NCBI GenBank assembly: GCA_000004695.1
Contig: CM000153.2
Location: 288,001 to 352,000 of the forward strand
Length of the DNA: 64,000 nt
Origin: Dictyostelium discoideum
Lineage: Eukaryota
Direction of reading: 5' to 3'
Part shown: piece by piece, positions 29,165 to 42,651 of the stretch
Layout: each line of letters opens with the position of its first letter
Numbering within the stretch: position 1 is the stretch's first letter
The notes under the pieces: model-generated
Database searches by the model: none
Told to the model about the DNA's origin: nothing
What the model saw: only the letters and a program-made list of their open reading frames with translations
Position numbers and translations under genes: made by a program

Positions 29165-29460
29165 CTGAATTATTCAATTGCCAAACCAAATTTACATTTT
29201 CTACAACTTTGAGTATGATCACCGTCCAATGTTGAAGCCATCAATTTAATTGGTAGTGTAATAGGTAACAAATCCAAAGTATGAGTACGATTCTTCTTGT
29301 CCAATTGATCCAAACCATCAATGACCAAAAGTACTTGAGTGATTTCATCACCAATAAACATTCTTATTACTATTATTATTATTACAACGATAATCATCAC
29401 CAATAAACATTCTATTGGTTCAATAGAGTTTACATCTTTGATTCCATATAAACACCTGTA
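29165..29460 (-). repeat. Repeat module R, copy 1 (minus orientation, 3' part), carrying a decayed ORF with a NACHT/NB-ARC-like Walker-B-type motif
   Basis: The reverse complement matches 30880-31060 and 35930-36100. It encodes ...DEITQVLLVIDGLDQLDKKNRTHTLDLLPITLPIKLMASTLDGDHTQSCRKCKFGLAIE. An 18-nt direct duplication, atcaccaataaacattct, is seen at 29346 and 29396. Confidence 0.6.
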
Positions 29461-29629
29461 GATGGTTTCGTGATAAACTAACTAGTTGTTTTAAAAATGT
29501 ACCATCAAAATGAAAAAAAAAAAATGAAAAAAAAAAATAAAAAAAAAAAAAATGAAAAAATAGAAAAAAAAAAAGAAAAGAAAAAAAAAATTTAATTTTT
29601 ACAATTTTCCAAAGATAATTATTTGGCCT

Positions 29630-29729
29630 GTCCCATGCCAAAATTAATATGGCTGCTGAAATTAATATGATAATTTTGGCATGGGACTTATGTCTGCTAG
29701 AATTACCATATTAATTTCAGCAGCCATAT
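29630..29729. repeat. Interleaved inverted-repeat (A-B-A'-B') hairpin element
   Basis: A gtcccatgccaaaatta (29630-46). B atatggctgctgaaattaatatg (29647-69). A' taattttggcatgggac (29671-87), the exact reverse complement of A. B' catattaatttcagcagccatat (29707-29), the exact reverse complement of B. It sits between oppositely oriented copies of modules and satellites. Confidence 0.85.
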
Positions 29730-30099
29730 TAATTTAAGCTTACAAACCACAATTAGTCATCCTTTCCGCTGTTTTTGATGCTCATAAAGATTATCCAACC
29801 AGTGTTGAAATTAAATGAAAAGGATTATTTCGTCATCAAAATCATTAAAACAGCTTTCAAATATTGTAACTTCTTTTTTTTAAAATTTTTTTTATTTTTT
29901 TTAATTGTAAAGGGTTATGGATCGAAAAAACAAATTCATTGCAAATCTGTTGTGTAAATTCATCTTAAAGCACACAAATAAACAATAACAGCAACAACAA
30001 CAAATTCAACAAGTTTATAAAATTTTAATTCAATTGGTGGAAATAATAGGGATAGTATTAACTTAGGTGGAAGATAGTATTGATAGAAATAGAAATAGT

Positions 30100-30265
30100 A
30101 ATAGTGATAGTGATAGTAAAGTGATAGTGATAGTGATAGTGATAGTGATAGTGATAGTGATAGTGATAGTGATAGTGATAGTAATAGTAATAGTAATAGT
30201 AATAGTAATAGTAATAGTAATAGTAATAGTAATAGTAATAGTAACAGTAATAGTAATAGTAATAG
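30100..30265. repeat. (GATAGT)n then (AATAGT)n hexamer satellite
   Basis: Seen directly. Approximately the reverse complement of the 28206-28345 satellite. The flanking motif cgcgggtaaacatgg (30476-90) is the reverse complement of ccatgtttacccgcg at 28082-96. Confidence 0.85.
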
Positions 30266-30600
30266 TACAAACTTCTTGCAATAGGATGGAGGTAGTGCAT
30301 TATTTTTACAAAGAATCTCATCAAGTTCATCTTCTGGAATATCGTCAAAGTGTTCCAACAAATGATTTCTAAAAGCACGTGAAAACACTTTTCTACTACT
30401 ATAAAGATCTGGTGGATTTGAGTTGCGAATAACATAAAGTGTGGGTAGTCTTAAGACTTCTTAGATCTCTGGAATGAATAGTTCGCGGGTAAACATGGTG
30501 TAACATCCCATGATTCTTTCGAAACATCCTATGAAGAATTTCAGATATTACAGATAATCAACTTAAAGAAATGATGAAGAAAAAAAATTAACAAAAAAAG

Positions 30601-31176
<576 letters not shown>

Positions 31177-31418
31177 AACCAAAAATTTAGCGCCAACTTT
31201 AGCAAAACTCTTTGAAGGTATTTTAGATGGTTGGAAGGTATACGATTGTGGCTTTGTTATTCAAGTCTGTAGTTTAAACAATTTACCAATCAATATGCAT
31301 TCGAAAAAAAAAATATATAAATAAAAGATGCAACAATATAATGTTTTTTAGTGTCTTTGTTTATTTATTGTTTTAATTATTGAAAGTTAATTTGATTATT
31401 TTATTAATTTATTTTTAT

Positions 31419-34400
31419 TTATTGAAACAATATTGATATTATAATAAAAAGAGTTGCAACCAATTTGGAGAAAACCGAATGTAAACTAATATCATTGTTT
31501 AGCATTTCTGGATCAGTATTTGAATTAGAATTAGAATTAGAATTATTAAAAAAAGTTTGGGTATAAACTGTTTCAAATTTGTGCTGTGAGAATTTGGAGC
31601 TTTTAATTTGTATTGTAATTGGAGCATCACGAGAATATACTAAACTTAAGTTTTGATTCAATGTAAATTGGCAAATAATGTTTTGATTTTGTTGAATTAT
31701 TTGAGAATGACATTCGATTGTATCTGAAAAAAGACCAGTTATTATATTTTTAAATGTTGTTTTAAAAGAACCAACAACAGTTATATTAAGGAAACCATCT
31801 CCATTTATTTTAAGATTTCCATCTTTAATTTTTGATATTGAATTAATTATTGGTTTTGTTGGATAATTGAATGGAGTCGAATTTATTATAAACTTTCTAC
31901 CATTTTCTAGAGTAATGAATATACTAAAATTACCAGATCCATATGCAAATGGTATATTTAATTGATATATATAGTTTTGAACTGATTTTGATAAAATTTG
32001 TTTATTTGGTGAATAAATTGTACCATTATCAAATTGAAGTTGGAAATCTGTATAATCATAGCCATTGTATTTATCCAATAAGAAATCAGAACTAACTAAA
32101 ATAGTATTATTACTGAAAGTTGAAAATTGTGCTAAACCTCCATCAATTGTTAAATTTTTAGGTAATGGTGGTTGTATAGCTAATGTTTTTGAATCTTTAG
32201 TAAATGTAAAAATTTTGTATTTATTAAAAATTGTATTTGTATTAAATTGTTTTACAATTGTACCAGTTTGAGAGAATTGAGAATCTTGATTACTTTGTGG
32301 TTCATTTATATTGATATATCCACCTAAACAATTACTACATGTAAACAATAGTTGGTCTTGGTCACTTGTAATTGTGAGATCTGGTACCCTTGTATATGAA
32401 TAATCGTCACTATAAACATATACATATGAGAATTGATTAATAACTAAACTAAGTCTTGAACGATCGAAATAGGTTACTTGGTCACTAGAAACAGCAATTT
32501 TACTATCATCTAAATAAAATTTATAATTTGATAATTTTGATACAAAGAGACCCTCCATTATTATAATACCATTTTCAATTGAATATCTATAAATAATTGG
32601 ACGAACTAAATAATATAAAATGTTTTTTGTTAGTGTTAAATGTTAAATTAAATGTTTTGTATGATTGAAATTATAATTTTTGAATTTTTACAAATACTTA
32701 CAGTTTAATCCATTTGTTAAAGTTTCGATATGATAATCATTATTAAATGAAAGTACATTTGTAGAATATGTATTTAATGTGAATGAAATGATATTTGGTT
32801 CAATTAAAGTATAGTCTAAATCATTTCCATTTTTATCATTATATTTAATACTTGTTATTGGAAATAAAGAAAATGGAAATGAAAGATGTAATTGTACCTT
32901 TTCTTGATTTTGAGTGATTGATGAAATCCACTTTACTGGTGGTTGATAGGTAAATAAATTTGAATGAACCAATTTATCTTTAATATAAATTGAAAAATTA
33001 CCATTACCATAACCACTTGGAATATTGAATTTACCTTGTGTTAATACACTATTATTCAAAGTATTATAATCCAATATACATATTGTACCATTTAAAAATT
33101 CTAATTTTCCTATAATATATGCTTGATTATCGTATATTTTTGGAATAAAATGGCCACTTATTGATACTATTGAATTACCATAAAATCCAAATATTTCATT
33201 GCCACTGATATTAACTTTTTGAAAATTAGTTGGTAACGGTAATGCACCAGATCGTCTATATGGATAAATCGGGGCTTCTAAATAAATTCCACTTAAAATG
33301 ATTCCTTTAGTGTCCAATTGGATTGGATAGTATGAATATTTTGTATAATTATTTGGCAATCCTATTGTTTTTGCACCAATACAATTTGTACAATCGATGA
33401 ACAGTAGATTAAAATCATTATCACACCATGAGTTTAATTTCATTTGCTGTTGTGGTTTTAAAATTGGAAATCTGTCAGATGAATAATCAAAGAGTGAAAT
33501 AAAAAAGTAGTTTTCAACATAATCTGTAGAGTTTACCACCAATGTTGTTGAATTGAATGATATTATATTTGATTGGCTTAATATGTGTTTACTTTCGAAA
33601 TTTAATATATATGCTGATAAAAAAATTTTAAAAAATACACCATTTACTGTAATAATATCACCATTGTTTTCACAACTATTGATTATTGGTTCTATAAAAA
33701 GTTAAAATGAACATATTAGAATTTTATAGTTGAAGATAAAAGTGGTGGTAGTATGAAATATTAATTTTTTTAAAAACATAAATTATACATACTAATTGGT
33801 AAAACTTCAATTGCTTCACCATTATTTATTGAAATTAATTTTGAAGAATTTTCATCTAGTGTAAAACGTAAAATATTTGGTTGAACTAATGAATATTTAA
33901 TTGATGTTCTTTTTGTATTTTTATATGGACATACATATTTTGTTTTAATATAAACATTTACATAACAATCATAAAAATTTACAGATGGTGCAGTAAAGTT
34001 AAATTCTTGATTTTCATCACATTGAAAATAATAATTTCTAGTGGAATATCCGCAAATATTATTATTATTACTGTTATATCTTAATTTCAATGCATAATCG
34101 TCAAAACCAAATTTACCAAATTCAAATTCTTCTGTGTTCAAATTTCCAGTTGTATAAAAACTCCCCCTATATATTAATCCAGATTGACTTCTATAGGAAG
34201 ATAGATTTGAACAAATAGAAAAACGGTGCTCATACTAATTAATTTATAAAAATAAAATTTAATAAAATGTAATGCCCAGTACATTAATAAAGCTTCATTA
34301 TACTTACTTGGCTATAATGATCTGGAAAACTGTGATCAACATTTTTTAATTTTGATAAATTCAAAGAAAAATAATTTGAATTAAAAATACATGAATTTAA

Positions 34401-34601
34401 AACGGATGTACCATTAAAATCATAATTATAATATAAATTATCTAAACTTGTTATATTAAATAAATATAAAGGTTGAGTTAATTCAATTTCAACATTACTT
34501 CGAGTTTGAATAATTGATTTAAAGATTGATTGACAATTTAATGTTGTAATAAAAAATAATAACAAAACATTTATTGATAATATTAAATTTGAATAATTCA
34601 T
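31419..34601 (-). CDS. IPT/TIG-like extracellular glycoprotein with GPI-type C-terminus (Tgr-like family), copy 2; intact, 4 exons, ~970 aa
   Basis: Exons 34601..34308 (signal peptide MNYSNLILSINVLLLFFITTLNC; donor CAA|GTAAGT), 34234..33793 (donor A|GTATGT), 33691..32702 (donor T|GTAAGT) and 32605..31419. Phases 0/1/1 are consistent and total 2913 nt. Exons 3-4 carry IPT/TIG-like blocks (NISGNEIFGF..VSISGHFIP....IIGKLEFLNGTICILDYNT...QGKFNIPSGYGNGNFSIYIKDKLVHSNLFTYQPP; PIINSISKIKDGNLKINGDGFLN...IECHSQ...IICQFT) and dozens of NxS/T sequons. The C-terminus SLHSVFSKLVATLFIIISILFQ-stop is a GPI-anchor-like signal. Confidence 0.7.
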
Positions 34602-35280
34602 TCTTTATTATATAATTTTTATTAATAAAATAAAAATTAAATGATTAGAAAAAAAAAAAAAAAAAAAAAATTGTTTTGAAAGGATTATTGAGAATTATTG
34701 GAAAAAAAAAAAATAATAAAAAATAAAATTAATAAAATTAATAAAAAAATCTTAGTAAACTAAGACTGGGGAAGTAAAAATAAAAAAAATAATTAAAATA
34801 AAAAAAAAAAAAAAACTTTTCGGCAATGAAAAAAAATTTCGCAGTTTCCTAGGATTTCAAAAAAAAAATCTTTTTAATGTTTCGTTTTTATAATCCCAAA
34901 AATAGATTTTTTCTTAAAATTACCAGTGCTGAGAACATATTTTTTTTTTTTTAATAATTAAATAAAATAAAATAAAATAAATTAGAATACTCAGTTTTCT
35001 ATATATTCCAATTTGAAATCAAATCAAATCATATCAAATGAAACCAATTTAAATTAATTTAAATCAAATAAAAATAGTGTCATACGTCAAAAAAATAAAA
35101 AAAAAAAAAAAAAATAAAAAAATAAATGCAAGATATCTTTTTTATTTATTTGTTTTTTTTTTTCATAATTAATTTTTGAAAGTTAAATTTTTAAAAATTG
35201 TTTTTTTTTTTATTTTTTTTTTTTTTATTTTTTTTTTTTTATAATTTTCACTTGGGATTTATATTTTTTTTTTTTATTTT

Positions 35281-35682
35281 CCACACACAACATGCTTACA
35301 GATAACAGTTATATATGCATTTAAATATTCATGGACTATATCAAAAATAATAAACATGTTGTACAAAAAAACAAAAAGAGAGAATCAACTACATAAAGAT
35401 TAAATCATTAATTTAATTCAATTGGTAATTGTTTAATAGTTTTATTTTCTGTTATTAATTATAAATTATTATATATTCTAATGGTGATAAATTAATTAGT
35501 TAGCATGAATTTAGATAGACAATGTGTTAATAAAGTTCAACAACCAAAAAATAAACCATCTTCACTTGTTTATATGGAACATCCAATTCAAGAGAATGAT
35601 ATTTTTGTGGTTAGACTTTAGCATAATATATTTGATCAAGAGAGATAGTCAAAGCAATCAAAGAGGTAAACTCTATTGAATC

Positions 35683-35690
<8 letters not shown>
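35281..35690 (+). repeat. Repeat module L, copy 1 (leader preceding (AAT)n + module R)
   Basis: ~80-85% identical to 40741..41066 (ac.gttatata...catg...gactatatcaaaaaataa...aaagattaaatcattaatttaattcaattggtaatt...ggtgataaattaattagttagc...caaagaggtaa.ctctattgaatcaata). Confidence 0.7.
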
Positions 35691-35761
<71 letters not shown>

Positions 35762-35762
35762 G
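35689..35762. repeat. (AAT)n microsatellite
   Basis: Perfect aat repeats between modules L and R. Confidence 0.9.
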
Positions 35763-36219
35763 TGATGGTAATAATAATAAAAGTAATAATAGTGGCTTCA
35801 GTGAATTAGTTCTTAAATTGAAGAAATTAAAGGTATTCTAGAATTAATGAAATCAATTACTTCGACAACAACAGAAACAACAAAAACAATTACCACTCAA
35901 GAAAGTACTGATTCTTTATGAAATCACTCAAGTACTTTTGATCATTGATGGTTTGGATCAATTGGACACAAGAAGAATCGTACTCATACTTTGGATTAGT
36001 TATCAATTACATTACTAATTAAATTGATGGTTCAAGATTAGATGGTCATCATACTCAAAGTTGTAGATGTGTGCACCAACTGAAAATCATTGTCGCACCA
36101 ATGAAAGTTAAAGATGGTCATAGTTTAATATTGGGTAAATTTGAAGAATTCCTTAACAAATTGGATGAATCTGCAATCAATAATCAAATGTCAATAATAA
36201 TAATAATATTAGAAATTTA
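35763..36219 (+). repeat. Repeat module R, copy 3 (plus orientation)
   Basis: Aligns with 30703..31176 along its whole length and ends with the same ...caaatgtcaataata(ata)ttagaaatttag. It is followed at 36220-36700 by sequence whose reverse complement matches 28860-29170. Confidence 0.65.
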
Positions 36220-36811
36220 GTATGAAATGAAAGAGAGAAAAATTCATTCAATGCACCAATTTGTTTAATTAAAAACAAAGATATCTTGGAGCATATTAAA
36301 GATTTCTGTGATATAGTTTCTCCAACTCATATCCTTTCAAATCAACCAACCAAATGTTAAATAAAGCACAAATTAAAGATAGTTGTAAACAAAACACGTG
36401 ATGGCTCAAAAATTGCCTGCTGGTAAAAATTCAATCATTCATATTTTCAAAGCATCTAATGGTTCAGAGTTGTTATAAAATTGGTTTGTCATTCGAATTG
36501 GATCTCTTGTTTCACCTTGGCAAGTCAAGTTGGGATGATACAGTGATAGTTTGGGATTTCATGGTAATACTGTTGTTACCATTGCACATATCAAGTGGGA
36601 TCAGTTCTTGGTGTCGACTACCAAGCGCTTGTCAATATCTCTGTGGTCTTGTTATTCAAGTCTGTAGTTTAAAAAATACATCAATATTAGAAAAATAATA
36701 TAAATAAAGATGAAACAAAATAATGTTTTTTTAGAGTCTTTGTTTATTTATTATTTTATTGTTTCTTTTTTATTGAAAGTAAATTTGATAGTTTTATTAA
36801 TTTATTTTTAT

Positions 36812-39800
36812 TTATTGAAGCAATATTGATATTAGAATAAAAATAGTAGCAACTAGTTTGGAGAAAACTGAATGTAAACTAATATCACTGCTTAACATTT
36901 CATCGTCAGAATAAGTTTGGGTATAAACGGGCTCAAATTGGAAATTTGAATTTTGGTGGCTTCTAAGTTGTATTTCAATTGGATCATTATCAAAATATAT
37001 TTCCAATTTTTCATGTATTGAAAATTGGCAATTAATATTTTGATTTATTATTTCAGGATAACAATCGATTGTTTCCGAAAGGGTACGATTCTCTTTATAT
37101 AAACTATTTGCTTTAAAAGTACCACGTACAATTACATTAAAGAAACCATCCCCATTCATTTTAATATTTCCATCCTTAATTTTTGATATTGAATTAATTA
37201 TTGGTTTTTTTGGATAATAGAATGGGATTGGATTTATTATAAACTTTCTTCTATTTTCAAAAGTAACAAATACACTAAAATTACCAGATCCATATGCAAA
37301 TGGTGCATTTATTTGATATCTATAGTTTTGATCTGATTTTGATAAAAATTGTTTTTTTGCAGAATGAATTGTACCATTATCAAATTGAAATTGGAAATCG
37401 ATATTATCAAAACCATTGTATTTATCCATTAAGAAATCAGCACTTACTAAAATAGTATTATTACTGAAAGTTGAAAATTGGGCCAAACTTCCATCAACTA
37501 TTACATTTGAAGGTAATGGTGGTTGAATAACTATTGTTTTTGAATCTTTTGTAAATGTAAAAATATTGTATTTGTTAAATATTGTTTTTGTATTAAATTG
37601 TTTTACAATTGTACCAATTTGAGAGAATTGAGAATCTTGATCAGTTTGTGGTTCATTTATATTGATAGATCCACCTAAACAATTACTACATGTAAATAAT
37701 AATTGGTCTTGGTTACTAGTAATCGTGAGATCTGGTACCTTAGTAAATGAATAATCATCAATATAAACATATACATGTGAAGCCTTATTCATAATTAAAC
37801 TAAGTCTAGAACTATCGAAATAGGTTATTTGATCGCTGGAAATAGAATTTTTACTATCATCTAGATAAAATTTATAATTTGACAAATTTGACATAAAGAC
37901 ACCCTCCATTGTTATAACATCATTTTGAATTGAATAGTTATAAATAATTGGACGGACTAAATAGTATATATTATGTTTTTTTGTTAGTGTTAATATGTTA
38001 AATGTTTTGTATGGTTCAAAAATAATAATTTTTGAATGTTTACAAATACATACAGTTTAATTCATTTGTTAAAGTTTCGATATGATAATCATTATTAAAT
38101 GAAAGTACATTTGTAGAATTTGCATTTAATGTGAATGAAATAATATTTGGTTCAATTAAAGTATAGTCTAAATCTATTCCATTTTTATTATTATATTTAA
38201 TACTTGTTATTTGAAAGAAATAAACTGGGAATGAAAGATGTAATTGTACCTTTTCTAGATTTTGGGTGACAGATGATATCCACTTTGATGTTGTATAACT
38301 AAATGGATTTAAATGAACCAATTTATCTTTAATATAAATTGAAAAATTACCATTACCATAGCCACTTGGAATACTGAAATTACCTTCTGTAAATACTCTA
38401 TTACTCAAAGTTTTATAATCCAATATACATATTGTACCATTTGAAAATTCTAATTTTCCTATAATATATGCTTGATTATTATACATTTTTGGAATAAAAC
38501 TGCCACTTATTGAAACTGTTGAGATAACATTAAATTCGAATATTTCATTGCCACTGAAACTAACATGATTAAAATCAGTTGGTAACTGTAATGCACTTGA
38601 TCTTTTATATGGATAAATAGGGGCTTCTATATAAATTTCACTATCATCATTCAAAGTGATATAAATATCACTAACTTCAATTGGAGATGAATCTACTACT
38701 GTATAATTATATAACAATCCTTTTGTATTTGCACCAATACAATTTTTACAATAGATGAAAATTGAATTAAAAAAACCAGATTCATGATCATATCTTGAAC
38801 TTAATACCATTTGTTGTTGTGGCTTTAAAATTGGATAGCTTTCAGATTTAATTCCGAAAAGAGAAATAAAAAAGTTATTGTCAACGTAACCTGTTGAGTT
38901 TACTACCAATGTTGTTGAGTTGAATGATGTTATCATCGGTGGTTTTATTTGATAACCACCGTAATAAAATGTATAATTTGATAATACATTTTTAAAAAAT
39001 ATACCTTTTACTGTAATAACATCACCATTATTTTCACAATTATTGATTACTGGCTCTAAAAGAAGTTTTTTAAATTGTACTTATTAGTATTTTATAGGTT
39101 TTTTTGATTATAAAAGTAGTAGTGGTAGGAAATATTAATTTTTTTAAAAACATAAATTATACATACTAATTGATAAATCTATAGTTTTATTACCATTTAC
39201 TGAAATTAAATTTGAAGAATTTTCATCCAATGTGTAACGTAAAATATTTGGTTCAATTAATGAATATTCAATTGGTGTTCTTTTATTATTTTTATATGGA
39301 CATACATATTTTGTTTTAATATAAACATCTACATTACAATCATTAATGGATGCATATTTTGAGGAAGTAAAGTTAAACTCTTGTCTTTCATCACATATAA
39401 AATAATAATCTCTAGACATTAGATCGGTACCACCAAAAATATTTGGACAAGAAATGTGTGGATTGGTATATGTTAATTTTAATTTATAATTATCATTATT
39501 TATACCCAATTTAAAACTTTCTGTATTTAAGTATCCAGTTGGAAATGAAAATTTCCCATATTCTTCAGCACCAGATTGACTGTTTGTAAAAGATAGATTT
39601 GAACAAATTGAAAAAAAGTGTTTATACTAATTGGTTTAAAAAATAAAAGTTAATAAATGTAAAATGTAATATTTTATAAAGTTTCATTTTACTTACATCA
39701 GGGTTATAATAGTCTGGAAAACTATAGTCAATATTTTTAAATTTTGATAAATCAAAAGAATAATAAGTTGAATTAAAAATACATGAGTTTAAAACAGATG

Positions 39801-39990
39801 TACCATTAAAATCATAATTATAATATAAATTATCTAAACTTGTAATATTAAATAATTTTAATGGTTCGGCCAACTGAATTTCAACATTACTTCCAGTTTG
39901 ATTAATTGAAGTATAGATAAACTGACTATTTAATTTTGTAATAAAAATTAAAAAAAAAATAGTTGATAATATAAAATTTGAAAATTTCAT
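36812..39990 (-). CDS. IPT/TIG-like GPI-type glycoprotein, copy 3; intact, 4 exons, ~966 aa
   Basis: Exons 39990..39697 (MKFSNFILSTIFFLIFITKLNS; donor GAT|GTAAGT), 39626..39167 (donor A|GTATGT), 39055..38054 (donor T|GTATGT) and 37956..36812. Phases 0/1/1 total 2901 nt. Collinear with copies 2 and 6 at ~60-75% aa identity. Confidence 0.7.
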
Positions 39991-40056
39991 TTTTTATTAT
40001 GTGCTATTTAATAAAATAAAAATATATTGAAAAAAAAAAAAAAAAAACTATTTATA

Positions 40057-40098
<42 letters not shown>

Positions 40099-40697
40099 AA
40101 ATTATCTAATTCTTATTGGAGAAAAAAAAAATTGGGCAGTCTTGAATGAAAATATCTTGAACATTTTTTTTCCTGAATTTTAAAGTTTAACCGAAAAGTT
40201 TTTTTTTCTTTTTATTTTTTTAATATATTTTTTTATTTTTTTTGTTCAATTTTCTTTAAAAGATTAAATTAAAGAAATCAAAGATGATTTTTTTTTTAAA
40301 AAAAACCTAATCACAAGAAAAAGATTGTAATTAGAATTAAAGTAATTAACTTCTTGAAAGCCATTTTTTTTTCTTTTTTTTTTTCTTTTTTTTTTTTTTC
40401 AAATAAGGAGAGCCTCTCAGAAAATAAAGAAAAAAAAAAAAAGGCGACAAACCCACCTTTGTCACACAAAATTAATTTTCAACAATTTTATTCCAAAATT
40501 AAACTCAAAAAAAAAAAAAAAAAATTTTTCAATTTGGTTATATTAAGGGTGGTTGGATGTAAAAATTTCAGAATTAAAGTGGTGAAAAGTAATTTTGTGC
40601 GGCACTGCGGGTTTGTCTCCTTTTTTTTTTTTTACTTTTATTTTTTTATTTTCTATAGGACTTCCCTTTCAATTTTCCGAAGTTTGAATTGAAAAAA

Positions 40698-40740
<43 letters not shown>

Positions 40741-40748
<8 letters not shown>

Positions 40749-41064
40749 TTCTAACACAAAAAATGCACACAGAAACAGTTATATAAAACATGTTTTCAAA
40801 TATTTATAGACTATATCAAAAAATAAGCATTGCATGTTTTACGAAAAAAAAGAGTATCCCATAAAGATTAAATCATTAATTTAATTCAATTGGTAATTAT
40901 TAAATAATTAGTTTATTTTCTATTATTAATTAATTATATATTCTAATGGTGATAAATTAATTAGTTAGCTTAAAATATAGATGGACAAGTTGCTAATAAA
41001 GGTCAATCTTCAGGTGTTTGTATGGAATCAAAGAGGTAAGCTCTATTGAATCAATAGAATTTTA

Positions 41065-41066
<2 letters not shown>
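40741..41066 (+). repeat. Repeat module L, copy 2
   Basis: See module L copy 1. Followed by (AAT)n at 41067-41160. Confidence 0.7.

Positions 41067-41160
<94 letters not shown>
41067..41160. repeat. (AAT)n microsatellite
   Basis: Perfect aat repeats. Confidence 0.9.
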
Positions 41161-41163
<3 letters not shown>

Positions 41164-41504
41164 TTAATTAAATAAATAAACAAAAAGAATAAATAAATAA
41201 AAACAATAAATAAAAAAAAAGATAATAAAATAAAACTACAATCTTAATTGAAAAAAAAAAAAAAAAAAAAAAAAAATAAATAAATAAAATAAAACTAGTT
41301 TTAATAAATCTAAAACTTTGTAAATATGTTTTGAAAAAAAAAAAAATATTTTATTTTATTGTTTAACTAAATTTGGTTTAAAATTCAAATAAAGAACTAT
41401 CTACTCTAAAAGAGAAACCCTTTTCAAATGAACTCTTTGAATGATTTTATTCAACCATTGTTAACCAGCGGTCAATGAAGCATATTTAGCGCCAAAGGAA
41501 ACGT

Positions 41505-41790
41505 TATTGGTATTAAACAATAGCCTTGAGAAGGTGAAGCATCACTTGTAGTTCTACCATAATGAGCAGCATGATGAGCAGCAGGTGGACGAGTGACGCA
41601 AAAAGAACGAGTATACCCAGAACGAATAAAAGAATCAATGACAGCACAAACTAAACCACTTACTCTCGATGCAGCTTTAATGGAACGAATTGGACATGCA
41701 TATGTTGTGTTTTAATTTCGATTGTACAGTATCAGTAGAGTTGATCACAACGCTCAATATTCAGTGGGAGAATGCTACACTTTTTTAAAC
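41505..41790 (+). repeat. Dispersed repeat module Q, copy 2
   Basis: See Q copy 1 (28560..28850). Confidence 0.7.
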
Positions 41791-41910
41791 AAGTGATTGA
41801 ACTAAGAATGGTTGAAATTAATTGTTTACAACTTCACCTTCTAAACAATCTAAAATACCTTCAAATTGAAAGATATGGGATATTGAGTATTCTAATTTTA
41901 TTATTTTTTT

Positions 41911-42651
41911 TTAAAATAATATATTTATTAATAAAAATGCTATTAAGAAAATATTTAAAATTAATTTTGACGATTTTGATGAATTTGGTTCATTTGATTC
42001 CTTTGGTTCATTTGAAGAATTTGGTTCATTTGATGAATTTGGTTCATTTGATTCATTTGGTTCTGGATTTGGTATTGAATTGAAGCAGGATAAATATTGA
42101 TCATTTTTAGTTTTTGAATATAAAGCATCTTTACAATCAATGGAACCATAGGATTCAGTACTTCCAATTCCAGTACAATCTTTTGATGGGTAGGTTGTAA
42201 TAGTGTAATTTTGAAAAGGATCATAATTGATTTTAATATTTGTACCACATACTGATGAACATTTACCTATTGTAACTATTTTATCATCGACACAAGGACC
42301 TTTTACAAATTTGAAAGAATAATATTTTGAAATTAATGTTGAACAAGTTATTTCCCCATCTATTACTTGATTATTATATCCATCATAGCAATTAAAATTA
42401 ACAATAAATGGATAATTTGTGTTTTCATAGTAACCTTGATTTTTGCAATCATAATCTGTAAAGAATGAAATTTGAAAATATGAATTGTACATTTTTGATA
42501 TCTTTGCATTTTTATTACAAAATATGCCACATTCATCCAAGTTTAATACACCATTTTCACAATTCTTTGCTTGTATTTTAAATACATCATATTGTGATGA
42601 CACAATTAAAAAAATATTAAATAAAAATAAGATTAAAAAAATAAATTTCAT
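41911..42651 (-). CDS. Small Cys-rich secreted protein with GPI-type C-terminus, copy S2; intact, single exon, 246 aa
   Basis: Signal peptide MKFIFLILFLFNIFLIVSS and 12+ Cys (NCEN...ECGIFC...DYDC...NFNC...ITC...GPCVDD...GKCSSVCG...KDCTGIG...IDC...LSC). C-terminal (NEPNSS)n-like repeats followed by SSKSSKLILNIFLIAFLLINILF-stop. Paralogues at 25069, 47121 and 50450. Confidence 0.7.
   Translation of the reverse strand: MKFIFLILFLFNIFLIVSSQYDVFKIQAKNCENGVLNLDECGIFCNKNAKISKMYNSYFQISFFTDYDCKNQGYYENTNYPFIVNFNCYDGYNNQVIDGEITCSTLISKYYSFKFVKGPCVDDKIVTIGKCSSVCGTNIKINYDPFQNYTITTYPSKDCTGIGSTESYGSIDCKDALYSKTKNDQYLSCFNSIPNPEPNESNEPNSSNEPNSSNEPKESNEPNSSKSSKLILNIFLIAFLLINILF

Noticed and set aside
40354-40692. 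ORF 40354..40692 (+) and the flanking inverted pair gacaaaccc (40446-54) / gggtttgtc (40609-17)
   Set aside because: The ORF is a K/F-rich translation of A/T homopolymers. The 9-bp inverted match is too short to call a MITE without additional copies.
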